NCBI GenBank assembly: GCA_963719515.1
Contig: CAVRCJ010000010.1
Location: 256,001 to 320,000, forward strand
Direction: 5' to 3'
Length of the DNA: 64,000 nt
DNA from: an uncultured cyanobacterium
GTDB taxonomy: Bacteria > Cyanobacteriota > Cyanobacteriia > CAKZMO01
The position numbers and the translations under genes were made by a program. Of this stretch, positions 51,428-64,000 are shown one piece after another. The notes below the pieces were generated by a model. It saw only the letters and a program-made list of their open reading frames with translations, was not told where the DNA came from and made no database searches. The first letter of the stretch is position 1, and every line of letters begins with the position of its first letter.

Positions 51428-52174
51428 ATGGACGTCAGCCTCTACCTTTGGCTTAGCCTTGCCAGTACAGTTAGCTGGTTCATCAGCACCCTGGCGGGGG
51501 GCGGCAGCTCCCTAATTTTGATTCCTGTGGTGGGCATGCTGCTGGGAACGGCAGCGGTACCTCCGGTCATCACGGTGGGGGGTGTCTTTGGCAATATCGG
51601 GCGTATAGTAGCTTACCGCAGCCACATCTGCTGGCGACTGGTGGCCTGGGAGCTGCCGGGCGCTGTGGTTGGCGCTTATTGCGGAGCCTTCGCCCTGACA
51701 AGAATAGAGATCCCGTGGCTGAGCGCGGCGATCGCTTTATTTTTATTGGGTTCGGCAGTGAGCTACGGAATAAAGGGAGAGGCCGCGTCGTTCACGGTGC
51801 GGCCCTGGTACTTCCTTCCGGGAGGTCTAATCTACGCCCTTTTCTCTGGCCTCATCGGCAGTATGGGGCCGCTTCTTGCCCCCTTCTACCTCAACTACGG
51901 CCTCACCAAAGAGGGGCTGCTGGCCACCCAGGCCACCAACCGGACAGCGGTGCATCTAATCAAGGTGGTGGTCTACAGCTATTTTGGGATTTTGACGGTG
52001 CAGACAGCGGGGCTGGGAGTGCTGATGGGGGTGGCGGCGTTTCCCGGAAACTGGCTGGGTCAGAAGGCTTTGAAGCGCATTAGCGAGCAGCAGTTCCGAC
52101 GGCTAGTGATTGGCTTCGTGACGGTGAGCGGGGGCCTGCTGCTGTGGGACCAGCGGCAGGCCTTCGGGCTTTAG
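51428..52174 (+). CDS. TauE/SafE family membrane protein
   Basis: STLAGGGSSLIL, SGLIGSMGP, multiple TM helices; ATG at 51428 (the track ORF runs through the tRNA). Confidence 0.85.
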   Translation: MDVSLYLWLSLASTVSWFISTLAGGGSSLILIPVVGMLLGTAAVPPVITVGGVFGNIGRIVAYRSHICWRLVAWELPGAVVGAYCGAFALTRIEIPWLSAAIALFLLGSAVSYGIKGEAASFTVRPWYFLPGGLIYALFSGLIGSMGPLLAPFYLNYGLTKEGLLATQATNRTAVHLIKVVVYSYFGILTVQTAGLGVLMGVAAFPGNWLGQKALKRISEQQFRRLVIGFVTVSGGLLLWDQRQAFGL

Positions 52175-52238
52175 CAATGAGCGGCTGGTTCCCAGAATGA
52201 GTCGGTTCTGGGCTCTACAGAAGGCAGCGCGGCGCGGC

Positions 52239-53024
52239 CTACTCCGCAGTCGTCACCTGCAGACGGCGAGTGGTGCCGACAATGCCGTCATCGCGCACCA
52301 CGACTGCCGACAGCCACCGCTGTCCTGGCGTCGCAGGAGCCTGCCCCACCTTAAAAAGTCCGCCAGACGTCAGCAGCTCGAATTCGATTTCCGGGAGGGC
52401 TACATAACCCGCCGAGCTAACAATCTCCTCAACAGCCGTTCCCAGCAGTAGACGCTCTCCCAACGGCTCGACAACAATCGCATCAAAATAAAACGACTCC
52501 CCCGTATCCACTTGCTCTGGCAAATTCACCTTTAGCTCTGGCGGGTTGTTGCCTGCGGTGACGCTGCTGCTCTCGCTCAAAATGTTTTGGCTGATAATCT
52601 GGCCGTTGACAATGTCCTGCTGCGCCGTCAGCTCCGCCGTCAGCAGCAGCGCCTGGTCCCCCATCTCGCGGGTGCCGGTAATCGTCGTGGTGGTTTCGGT
52701 GCTGTAGCCCGTACCAGTGCGCTCCCAGCTGTCGACGTTTGTCTCGTAGACTAAGTTATCGTACTGCTCCCAAAACTGGATGAGCGCTGCCTCTAGGTCG
52801 TCGCGGGTCAGGCCATCGCCATGGGACAAGGTTTCGCTATAGGCCTCTAGCACCTGCAGCAGGTCTTCCTGGCTGGCGGCTTGATCGAGCTGCTGTACAA
52901 AGGTCATTATGTCTGGCGGGGTCTGAGCCTGAGCCACACTCGCTGTGGCCACTGAGGCAGCAAGTCCGAAGCAGACTAGCGCAGCACGCCGTAGCGCGGT
53001 AAGGCAGGAGTGAGAGTGGAGCAT
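52239..53024 (-). CDS. Secreted NTF2-like fold protein
   Basis: Signal peptide ending AQA, then HGDGLTR...GGLFKVG; ATG at 53024 avoids overlap with murG. Confidence 0.7.
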   Translation of the reverse strand: MLHSHSCLTALRRAALVCFGLAASVATASVAQAQTPPDIMTFVQQLDQAASQEDLLQVLEAYSETLSHGDGLTRDDLEAALIQFWEQYDNLVYETNVDSWERTGTGYSTETTTTITGTREMGDQALLLTAELTAQQDIVNGQIISQNILSESSSVTAGNNPPELKVNLPEQVDTGESFYFDAIVVEPLGERLLLGTAVEEIVSSAGYVALPEIEFELLTSGGLFKVGQAPATPGQRWLSAVVVRDDGIVGTTRRLQVTTAE

Positions 53025-53314
53025 GATGTATAGAGTTAACGTAGGGGTAAGAGGAATAGAATCGCTTGAGTGAGTCGCGTCTGCGAGGACCAGGCGGCAG
53101 TGGCTGTGCGGCGGTGGCCAGAAGACGGCTGTTACTGTAACTGTAGTAGACGCAGCTGAAAATCGGCACCAAGAGGCTAACTCAATCTTCCGTAGGCGAT
53201 CGCGGCAATACGGACAGTTTGGGCACAAATGCATGATAGCGACTGCATAATAGCAAGTGCGTGATGACGAATCCAATAGAGCAAACGCGGCAAACGTAAC
53301 AACGGGATGCAACT

Positions 53315-54412
53315 GTGGCTGAAACGAAGAAACTGCTGGTAGCGGCAAGCGGCACAGGAGGTCACCTGTTTCCCGCGATCGCGACGGTGGAGCAGCTCTC
53401 AAACTGCGAGGTGGAATGGCTCGGAGTTCCCAACCGGCTAGAGACACGCCTGGTGCCTAAGCAATACCCGCTGCACTTGGTCAACCTTGAGGGTATCCAG
53501 ACGGCGCTGGGGCTAGGGGGCATTCGCCTATTTTTCCGGCTTTTAGGCTCCGTCCGGCAGGTGCGTCAGCTGCTCAGGCAGGGCCAGTTCGACGGCGTAT
53601 TCACCACCGGCGGCTATATCGCCGCCCCCGCCATCATTGCCGCCCGCTCGCTGGGTTTACCCGCCGTCCTACACGAGTCTAACGCCCTACCCGGCAAAGT
53701 CACCCGCTGGCTGAGTCCCTGGTGCAGCACCGTCGCCCTGGGCTTCTCCGCCGCCGCTGCCCATCTGCCTAAAGCTAAGGCTGTCTGTGTAGGCACCCCG
53801 GTGCGCCAGGCCTTTCAGGATCACGGTGCCGGGGCATCTTTGCCAGAGCTCGATATTCCGGCGGACGTCCCCCTAATCGTCGTGGTAGGGGGGAGCCAGG
53901 GCGCTGTCGCCGTCAACCGCCTGGTGCGCCAGAGCCTCAAGGCCTGGCTGACGGCGGGGGCCTGGGTGGTTCACCTGACGGGGGACAATGACCCCGACGC
54001 CGATGCCGTAGACCTTCCCCAATACATTCATCGCCCCTTCTACGACGATATGGCGGCGCTGCTGCAGCGGGCAAATCTCGCGATTAGCCGGGCGGGGGCG
54101 GGCACTCTGGTGGAGCTGGCCATCACCCAAACCCCCGCCATCCTCATTCCCTACCCCTTCGCCGCAGAGAATCACCAGACCTTCAACGCCGCCGTGTTTG
54201 CCGCCGCCGGGGCGGCCCAGGTCCACCAGCAGTCTGACCTCGACGCCCAAACCCTAGAGCAGCGGGTGCTGTCGCTGCTGCAGTGCCCCGAGCGCCTAGA
54301 GGAAATGGCGATCGCCGCTGAATCTTTGGCGGTTACCGATAGCGCCACCCGACTGAGCCAGCTGATTGACGAGCAGCTTTGCGCCCGCCACGGCCCTAAA
54401 GCCGGGCGGTAG
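53315..54412 (+). CDS. murG: UDP-GlcNAc:lipid I N-acetylglucosaminyltransferase
   Basis: SGTGGHLFP, HESNALPG, GGSQGA, SRAGAGT. Confidence 0.96.
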   Translation: MAETKKLLVAASGTGGHLFPAIATVEQLSNCEVEWLGVPNRLETRLVPKQYPLHLVNLEGIQTALGLGGIRLFFRLLGSVRQVRQLLRQGQFDGVFTTGGYIAAPAIIAARSLGLPAVLHESNALPGKVTRWLSPWCSTVALGFSAAAAHLPKAKAVCVGTPVRQAFQDHGAGASLPELDIPADVPLIVVVGGSQGAVAVNRLVRQSLKAWLTAGAWVVHLTGDNDPDADAVDLPQYIHRPFYDDMAALLQRANLAISRAGAGTLVELAITQTPAILIPYPFAAENHQTFNAAVFAAAGAAQVHQQSDLDAQTLEQRVLSLLQCPERLEEMAIAAESLAVTDSATRLSQLIDEQLCARHGPKAGR

Positions 54413-54450
54413 GGACAGGGCGCTACCGTGCCTTGACAAGATTCATTCCC

Positions 54451-55350
54451 TTAATCCGGCGGCAAAAAGTCTAGGCGAGGCTGAGGAAACACCTGGGTCC
54501 GCAGCGTGGGGTTGTCAGAAGGCTGCCCCGAACGGCCGCTAGCGGGGAGCTGTCCGCGCAGACTCAAAATCACGTCCTGCCCGGCCCCCACGCAGCCCAA
54601 AACGCTGTCCACCTGCGCCAGCACAGGCGCTGTTGCCGTCGGCTGATAGCCCTCAGGGCAGACCCTACCCCCCTGCGCTGAAAAGTCGATAAAATCCACT
54701 AGCGGTACGGGCGCGCTGCCCCGTAAGGAGGGACGGCCCGCCTGTTGGTTGGCCAGTGTAGCGCCATTATAGGACCACGGCCAGCTCCAGAACCGGTGGC
54801 GCGAGGGGTCGACGTAGCCGGGGACGACTGCGCCGCTTTGACGAAACTTGGTGAGGGTGTAGCGCAGAAGCCGGGCTTCTCCCGCCCAGATGTCGCCATC
54901 GTCAAGGCCGCTCACCAGGTAGACCACCAGACTGTAGGCGTGCTGCGACTGGCATTCTGCCGCGGTCAGTCGTCCCTGCCGGCAGTGCTGCAGCACCGTC
55001 GCGGATAGGGGCGTCTGTCGCCAAAAGGCCAGCACCGGATAGCGATCGCTCTCTGGCCCTAGGGTGACCGGCAGGTGGTAGGCCAGCCCCGGACAGCCTC
55101 CGCCTTCTATGGGTCTGCGCCCTTGACCTAGGCAGCCGCCATCGTAAACGTACAGGGCCTGACGCAAATCTTCAGCCATGTAGTCCAGCGATCGCTTCAG
55201 GTCGGCATGCACCCGATTGCGGCTCATGTGGCGCTGGTTTGCGCTCAGCAGCGTAGAGGCCAGGTGCAGGGTCACCGACACAATACCGCCCGCGATTAGC
55301 ATCACCACGAGCAGCTCCGTGAGGGTGAAGCCTGCCTCAGTGTTCTTCAC
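54451..55350 (-). CDS. Prepilin-type pseudopilin (possibly HpsC-like)
   Basis: G|FTLTELLVV class III signal. Confidence 0.8.
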   Translation of the reverse strand: MKNTEAGFTLTELLVVMLIAGGIVSVTLHLASTLLSANQRHMSRNRVHADLKRSLDYMAEDLRQALYVYDGGCLGQGRRPIEGGGCPGLAYHLPVTLGPESDRYPVLAFWRQTPLSATVLQHCRQGRLTAAECQSQHAYSLVVYLVSGLDDGDIWAGEARLLRYTLTKFRQSGAVVPGYVDPSRHRFWSWPWSYNGATLANQQAGRPSLRGSAPVPLVDFIDFSAQGGRVCPEGYQPTATAPVLAQVDSVLGCVGAGQDVILSLRGQLPASGRSGQPSDNPTLRTQVFPQPRLDFLPPD

Positions 55351-55356
55351 CGGCTT

Positions 55357-56112
55357 CTACTCCCTGCAGCCCTGAGCGTGGTAGCACAGCAGGGCGGCAG
55401 GGGCATCGCTCGGGGCAATGGTCGCCGTGGCGATCGCCAGCGGACGGCGAGTCATCCCTTGGCCTAACCGCATCGGGGCTATCTCAGTTTGCAGGTCTAC
55501 CGCTTTTGACGCGGCGTAGACCCGTACCGTCACGCCGAACGGAGCGGCTTCGTTCGAAGCCGACGGGCCGCCCTGGCGAAACACCTGCACCAGAAATTCA
55601 GGGTCGCAGGCCGCGTCACCGTCCACATCCACACCCGTGACCTCTACCGGCGCAAGATCTTCTGTCTGACAGTGGGCATGGGTGGAGCGAAGGGCCGCGA
55701 TCGCCTGGGGTGGGGGCTGCTGAGCGGGGTCACCGGCGGCACTTACTGGCGGCAGGCCGCCTAGGTCTAGCCCTGAAGTTGAGGCTTGTCTTACGAGCGA
55801 TCGCACCCGGTCGATCTCGGCTTGGGCCAGGTGCTGCGCCTGCTGAATGCGCTGGGCCTGCAGCTGGGCAGCGGCGGCGAGCAGCAGCGGTGGCCCGACT
55901 AAGGCTCCCGCTAGGGCCACTGTGGTGATCGAGACTAGGCATTCTATCAGCGTCAGCCCTGCCTCAGGGGCAGCCTGAGGAATGGGGTCCGCTTGCGCTT
56001 GTTTTGCAGGGGGCGCCGTCTGGGAGATTTTTAGAGGGACGCTATAGCTGTAGCTTAGCCGCCGCCATAGCCGCCTCCGGCCCCGCTGTCTCGCTCTTCC
56101 TACCCGGCGCAT
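55357..56112 (-). CDS. Prepilin-type pseudopilin (possibly HpsB-like)
   Basis: G|LTLIECLV class III signal, AQAEIDRVR; true start uncertain. Confidence 0.75.
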   Translation of the reverse strand: MRRVGRARQRGRRRLWRRLSYSYSVPLKISQTAPPAKQAQADPIPQAAPEAGLTLIECLVSITTVALAGALVGPPLLLAAAAQLQAQRIQQAQHLAQAEIDRVRSLVRQASTSGLDLGGLPPVSAAGDPAQQPPPQAIAALRSTHAHCQTEDLAPVEVTGVDVDGDAACDPEFLVQVFRQGGPSASNEAAPFGVTVRVYAASKAVDLQTEIAPMRLGQGMTRRPLAIATATIAPSDAPAALLCYHAQGCRE

Positions 56113-56216
56113 TGCCCATTTCCCTCGCTCCTACGCCGCTAGGGTACCCGGGATAGGAGAAGAGACAACTGTGACATCCTCCCGACGCTGATGCTACGCA
56201 TACAGCGCGGGCTTCC

Positions 56217-57413
56217 TCAGTGACTCCCAGCTACCGCTGAGACATTTCCTGAGAGATTAAGGGCTTGATGTCCCACAGCCCTATTCAATAGGTTGATAGC
56301 CGCGTTGTGGTCGCGACAGATCGTTAAGCCGCATGACGGGCAACTATGGACCCGATCGGCCAGCGTCTTTGGTACCCGCTCACCACAACCCGAGCAATCA
56401 ATGCTGGTTCCGCGTGGGTTCTCAGCGATGGTCATCTTTCCAGCTTTCGCGGCTTTGAAAGAGCCTATCTCCAAGAATGTACCCCATGCGGCATCAGCGA
56501 TTGACTTTGCCAGTCTGGTTCGAGCAAGTCCTTTGATGTTGAGCTTTTCATGAGCGACAACATCGTACTTTGAGAACAGCCAATCCCACACCTTAGAAAA
56601 GAAATCACGACGCTGACGCGATATCTTTAGATGTAGTTTGGCGATGCGATTTACCTGCTTACGCCAGCGGTTAGAGCCCTTCTTCTGTCTCGATAGCTGC
56701 CGCTGCAGCTTGGATAGCTGCCGCTCTGAGCGTCGAAAGAACTGAGGGATAGGAACGCTCTCACCGTCACTGGTAACCAAGAAATCCTTCAGCCCAACGT
56801 CAACACCGACAGACTTAGCCCTATCGACATCCGGAGTAAGCATCGGAACGGCATTGTTTTCCAGTAACAGGCTCACATACCAACCATCTGCTTTGCGAGT
56901 CACCTTGGCCGTTTTGACAGTAAACCCATCAGGTATCGGGCGATGAAGGATTAGCTTCACCTGGCCAATCTTAGGCAGGGTAATACGACTTCCATCGATG
57001 CAGTCAGGTTTCATCTGCGGGAACGTGAACGTCCTGTAGCGCCCCGCGCCTTTGAACCGAGGCTTGCCGCTACGCTTACCATTCCTATCACCTTTGATGA
57101 AACGCTCGAACGTCTGCTTTACCTGCTTCGTCACCTCCTGAAGCGCTTGTGAATGCAAATCTTTGTACCAGGGCCGCTCTCGCTTGAGAGGTACTAGGCT
57201 AGCCTTCTGGCTGTAGTAATTAGGATTATCTTTGAGTGGCGCAAGGCTACAGGTGAGTGGGCAGGCGTTGACCGAACAGCGGTTCATCTCCCACCAGTCG
57301 AAGCGCTCAGCCAGCAACCAGTTGTACTGTGCCCGAAGCATATCTAGCCATCGGGTCATGGTAACCGTTTGCTCAGCCGTTGGGCGTAACCTGTACTGAT
57401 GGGTGATTTTCAC
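56217..57413 (-). CDS. tnpB: RNA-guided endonuclease TnpB
   Basis: YRLRPT, GVDVGL, AHEKLN, CSGC...CPSC, RDHNAA; RuvC D-E-D intact. Confidence 0.95.
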   Translation of the reverse strand: MKITHQYRLRPTAEQTVTMTRWLDMLRAQYNWLLAERFDWWEMNRCSVNACPLTCSLAPLKDNPNYYSQKASLVPLKRERPWYKDLHSQALQEVTKQVKQTFERFIKGDRNGKRSGKPRFKGAGRYRTFTFPQMKPDCIDGSRITLPKIGQVKLILHRPIPDGFTVKTAKVTRKADGWYVSLLLENNAVPMLTPDVDRAKSVGVDVGLKDFLVTSDGESVPIPQFFRRSERQLSKLQRQLSRQKKGSNRWRKQVNRIAKLHLKISRQRRDFFSKVWDWLFSKYDVVAHEKLNIKGLARTRLAKSIADAAWGTFLEIGSFKAAKAGKMTIAENPRGTSIDCSGCGERVPKTLADRVHSCPSCGLTICRDHNAAINLLNRAVGHQALNLSGNVSAVAGSH

Positions 57414-57466
57414 TACTGCGTCTAAGTCAGTGATATCATAATAGCATACGCTGATTTCGATGCACC

Positions 57467-57946
57467 ATGAAAAATGACTTTGTTTCTAGCGGTCGCTCAA
57501 TTTCAGACCTTAAGGCCCATCTGGTTTTGACGACGAAATACTGCCGTAAGGTTTTTACCGAAGAAATGATACGGCGACTTCTAGAGGTTGTCGGAGATCT
57601 GTGCGAGAAGTGGGACTGCAAGATGATTGAGTTCAACGGAGAGGCCGACCACGTTCATCTGCTGTTTCAGTATTATCCGCAGATGGAGCTACCCAAGTTC
57701 GTCAGTAATTTGAAGTCTGTTTCCAGCCGCAGGCTGAGGTCGGAGTTCGCGGAGCGAGTAGACCAGTTCTACTGGAAGTCTGTTCTCTGGAACGAATCGT
57801 ACTTTATCGCCAGTTGTGGCGGGGTCACTGTCTCTGTGCTGAAACGGTACATTGAGCAGCAGGACGCCCCGGAGATGGGTGCTTCTGGGGCATTGAACCC
57901 CGTCAGCACCCGCGACTCTCATCCCGACGCTCACCCTAGCGGGTAG
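57467..57946 (+). CDS. tnpA: Y1 HUH transposase TnpA
   Basis: HLVLTTKY, DHVHLL (HUH), KRYIEQQ (catalytic Tyr). Confidence 0.95.
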   Translation: MKNDFVSSGRSISDLKAHLVLTTKYCRKVFTEEMIRRLLEVVGDLCEKWDCKMIEFNGEADHVHLLFQYYPQMELPKFVSNLKSVSSRRLRSEFAERVDQFYWKSVLWNESYFIASCGGVTVSVLKRYIEQQDAPEMGASGALNPVSTRDSHPDAHPSG

Positions 57947-57978
57947 ATCGCGGGGCTTCCCGTCTAGCAGCTAAAGCG

Positions 57979-59343
57979 CTAGCCGAGGGTCAGCGCCAGC
58001 TGCTTACGGGCCACGGGCCGCCCCGTAAGGCTGAAGGCCCTAACTTCGGTGATCTCTACGTCCACCAGCTGGCCCTGTAGATCCGAATTGCCTGCGAAAA
58101 ATACCAGCCGGTTGCCTCGGGTCCGCCCCATAACCTGAGCCGCATCTCTTGGGTTAGCCCCCTCCACCAGCACCTCTTCCACTCGGCCCGCGTAGCGCTG
58201 CGATCGCTCTGCCGCCTTCACCTCCACGAGGCGATTGAGCCGCTGGAGGCGATCGCTCTTGACCGCCTCAGACAGCTGGTTTTCCCAGAGGGCAGCGGGG
58301 GTGCCGGGGCGGGGAGAATAGGCCGCCGTATTGAGGAGATCGAAGCCAACCTCATCGACAAGGGTCATCGTCTGCTGGAACTGCTCCTCTGTCTCTCCGG
58401 GAAAGCCCACAATGGCGTCGGCGCTGATGGCCGCGTCAGGCATCAGCCCGCGAATCTTGTCGATGATGCGCCGGTAGCGATCGCGGGTGTAGCCCCGACC
58501 CATGGCCTTGAGCAGGTCGTTGTCCCCCGACTGGAAGGGAATGTGAAAATGCTCGCACACCTTGGGCAGCTCGGCGCAGGCGCGAATCAGCCGCTCGGTG
58601 AAGTAGCGGGGGTGGCTGGTGGCAAAACGAATGCGATCGATGCCGGGGCTATCGTGGACAAAGTAGAGCAGGTCGGTGAGGGTGTGCTGGTGGCGGCCTT
58701 CAGCTGTCGAGCCAGGCAGGTCACGGCCATAGGCGTCGATGTTTTGCCCCAGCAGCGTCACCTCTCGGTAGCCCTGCTGCCCTAGCGCCTCCATTTCAGC
58801 GCGGATGGCCTCCGGGGTACGAGACTGCTCTACGCCCCTCACCCCCGGCACTACGCAGTAGGTGCAGCGTTCGTTGCAGCCGTAAATCACGTTTACCCAG
58901 GCGCTAACCTTGCTGTCGCGCCGGGGCTTGGTAATGTCCTCCATGATATGGACAGGCTCAGTCGCAACCACCTGTTCCCCGGCCTCCACCTGCTCTAGCA
59001 GATCCTGCAGCCGATTAGCATGCTGAGGCCCCATCACCAGGTCTAGTTCGGGGACTCGCCGCAGCAGGGCTTCACCCTCTTGCTGAGCCACGCAGCCCGC
59101 CAGTACCAGCGTCAGCGTCGGCTCGCTCTGCTTGCGTTTGGCCTGTCGTCCCAGATAGGAATAGACTTTTTGCTCGGCGTTGTCGCGGATAGTGCAGGTG
59201 TTGTAGAGGACTAAATCTGCCTTTTCCGGCGATGCCTCAAACTGGTAGCCCATTGACTCCAGAATTCCGGCCATGCGCTCGGAGTCGGCTTTGTTCATCT
59301 GGCAGCCGAAGGTGGTGATGTGGTAGCGGCGGGGTGCAGTCAT
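57979..59343 (-). CDS. miaB: tRNA-2-methylthio-N6-dimethylallyladenosine synthase
   Basis: [21 protein letters not shown]-terminal TRAM domain. Confidence 0.96.
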   Translation of the reverse strand: MTAPRRYHITTFGCQMNKADSERMAGILESMGYQFEASPEKADLVLYNTCTIRDNAEQKVYSYLGRQAKRKQSEPTLTLVLAGCVAQQEGEALLRRVPELDLVMGPQHANRLQDLLEQVEAGEQVVATEPVHIMEDITKPRRDSKVSAWVNVIYGCNERCTYCVVPGVRGVEQSRTPEAIRAEMEALGQQGYREVTLLGQNIDAYGRDLPGSTAEGRHQHTLTDLLYFVHDSPGIDRIRFATSHPRYFTERLIRACAELPKVCEHFHIPFQSGDNDLLKAMGRGYTRDRYRRIIDKIRGLMPDAAISADAIVGFPGETEEQFQQTMTLVDEVGFDLLNTAAYSPRPGTPAALWENQLSEAVKSDRLQRLNRLVEVKAAERSQRYAGRVEEVLVEGANPRDAAQVMGRTRGNRLVFFAGNSDLQGQLVDVEITEVRAFSLTGRPVARKQLALTLG

Positions 59344-59413
59344 GGAGGGGAATCAGCGTCGGGGTAAGTCTAGGGTTTGATTCTAGCCCATCTCATCCGC
59401 AGTATGAGGCCTC

Positions 59414-61295
<1,882 letters not shown>

Positions 61296-61307
61296 TAGGG
61301 CTACAGC

Positions 61308-61333
61308 ATTGGGCAAGCGATCGCTTGCCCAAT
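61308..61333. repeat. Perfect 26-bp palindrome centred on a HIP1 site between atpD and atpC
   Basis: ATTGGGCAAGCGATCGCTTGCCCAAT. Confidence 0.85.
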
Positions 61334-61388
61334 AGAACATTAGAGATCTGGGCTTATTGCCCATTACTGTTGAATTTTTTGTGTCACT

Positions 61389-61796
61389 ATGCCACTAACG
61401 GTTCGCGTTATTGCTCCCGACAAAACGGTTTGGGACGCGGAAGCTGAAGAAGTTATTTTGCCCAGCACGACCGGACAGCTCGGTCTACTGTCGGGGCACG
61501 CGCCGCTGCTAACGGCTCTAGAAACCGGCGTCATGCGGGTTAGAGAACATCAAAAATGGATTCCCATTGCCCTGATGGGCGGGTTTGCTGAAGTTGACCA
61601 AGATGAAGTGACGATCCTGGTTAACGGCGCGGAGCGCGGCGACAGCATTAGCCTAGATGAGGCCAAGACCACTTTTTCGGAGGCTGAGTCTCGCCTATCG
61701 TCAGCTCAATCAGGCGAGGATAAGCAAGAGAAGTTTCAGGCTAAGCAGGCTCTCAAGCGGGCCCGCGCGCGTCTACAGGCAGCAGGCGGCACATAA
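61389..61796 (+). CDS. atpC: ATP synthase F1 epsilon subunit
   Basis: [23 protein letters not shown]; follows atpD. Confidence 0.97.
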   Translation: MPLTVRVIAPDKTVWDAEAEEVILPSTTGQLGLLSGHAPLLTALETGVMRVREHQKWIPIALMGGFAEVDQDEVTILVNGAERGDSISLDEAKTTFSEAESRLSSAQSGEDKQEKFQAKQALKRARARLQAAGGT

Positions 61797-61839
61797 TTTC
61801 TCGAGCCTTATCTCAAGCCTTAATCTATCCGAAACGATT

Positions 61840-61868
61840 GTAGGGACATGGTGTTGCCATGTCCCTAC
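61840..61868. repeat. GTAG-type REP-like hairpin between convergent genes
   Basis: GTAGGGACATGG-TGTTG-CCATGTCCCTAC. Confidence 0.7.
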
Positions 61869-61909
61869 GCATTTTGATGCCTTGGCGACGCCGATAGGCG
61901 TTGCCTGGA

Positions 61910-62230
61910 TTAGGCGCTGCCGGTAAAGGCCACGCTGGGAAACTTCGACTGAGCCTCCGACATGGGTCGGCGCTTTCCTTCTTCCTGCCAATAGTTAATA
62001 ATTTCGGTAGCCTGATTCAGCAGCTCAACGCGATCGACGTCGCTGATCCAATGCTTGGCCTCGAGCTCGCTCTTGAGCTGCTCCCACGCATCGTTACGGG
62101 GCCAGAAGAAATAGGACGTCAGGGGGCTGGTGCCTTTTCCTACGACCTGGTCTACGGCGATCGCCACGTTCTCGTCCAGCCAGAGAACCTTGAGAATAAA
62201 CTTAGATTGAGATTCGGTTTCCACAGCCAT
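61910..62230 (-). CDS. ycf65: 30S ribosomal protein PSRP-3/Ycf65
   Basis: [24 protein letters not shown]. Confidence 0.93.
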   Translation of the reverse strand: MAVETESQSKFILKVLWLDENVAIAVDQVVGKGTSPLTSYFFWPRNDAWEQLKSELEAKHWISDVDRVELLNQATEIINYWQEEGKRRPMSEAQSKFPSVAFTGSA

Positions 62231-62368
62231 ACCAACGTTTTATCGAACCCAATTGTAGCGTATACGCGAGGGTTCGACCAAAATAAGCAACATAAACCAA
62301 AGCCATTTCCCGACCCAGACGAGGGTTGTCATCAGGTAGACGATGTGTGTATTTGGCGTCTCGGATTA

Positions 62369-62441
62369 CCCCCTCTAACGCCCCCTTGGAAAGGGAGAGA
62401 ATTGAGCTTTCCTCCATTCCAAGGGGGGACTGAGGGGGGGG
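62369..62441. repeat. C/G-run branched palindromic dispersed repeat (degenerate)
   Basis: CCCCCTCTAACGCCCCCTTGGAAAGGGAG...TTCCAAGGGGGGACTGAGGGGGG. Confidence 0.6.
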
Positions 62442-62518
62442 AAACCAAGGCGTACGGCCTTTTTATTCAAGGTCGCTAAACACGTACTGGACAATGCCCA
62501 CCCGACACACCTAGTGGG

Positions 62519-64000
<1,482 letters not shown>

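Larger units (their letters stand above)
56171..57970 (-). mobile_element. Complete IS605-group element with divergent tnpA and tnpB
   Basis: Subterminal hairpins at both ends, TTTAG before the left end, TCAC right terminus, 1800 bp. Confidence 0.92.

Overview
This is a cyanobacterial chromosomal segment, judged from dense HIP1 GCGATCGC sites, a ycf65/PSRP-3 gene, an SLH-porin and the atpD-atpC pair. It is mostly housekeeping (lepB, pyrC, leuS, ECF sigma/anti-sigma, msrP, ispH, murG, miaB, pgm, tRNA-Ser). It also carries a purine/urate catabolism cluster, an FHA-CHAT-DUF928-CHASE2 kinase cluster, an MNT-HEPN toxin-antitoxin pair and two pseudogenes. The most interesting signal is a set of IS200/IS605 elements. 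(i) A complete tnpA-tnpB element at 56171-57970. (ii) Two near-identical 392-bp ORF-less relatives flanking ispH (43673-44064 and 45662-46053). These keep both transposon ends and the same TTTAG target. They also keep an omegaRNA-like scaffold with compensatory stem changes, and add a candidate internal promoter and an unexplained structured 5' module, so they look like mobile stand-alone guide-RNA cassettes. (iii) An IS608-like tnpB element (28455-29831) in which a 46-aa ribbon-helix-helix-like gene, absent from the ORF track, sits where tnpA would be. All calls come from reading the sequence; no database searches were run.
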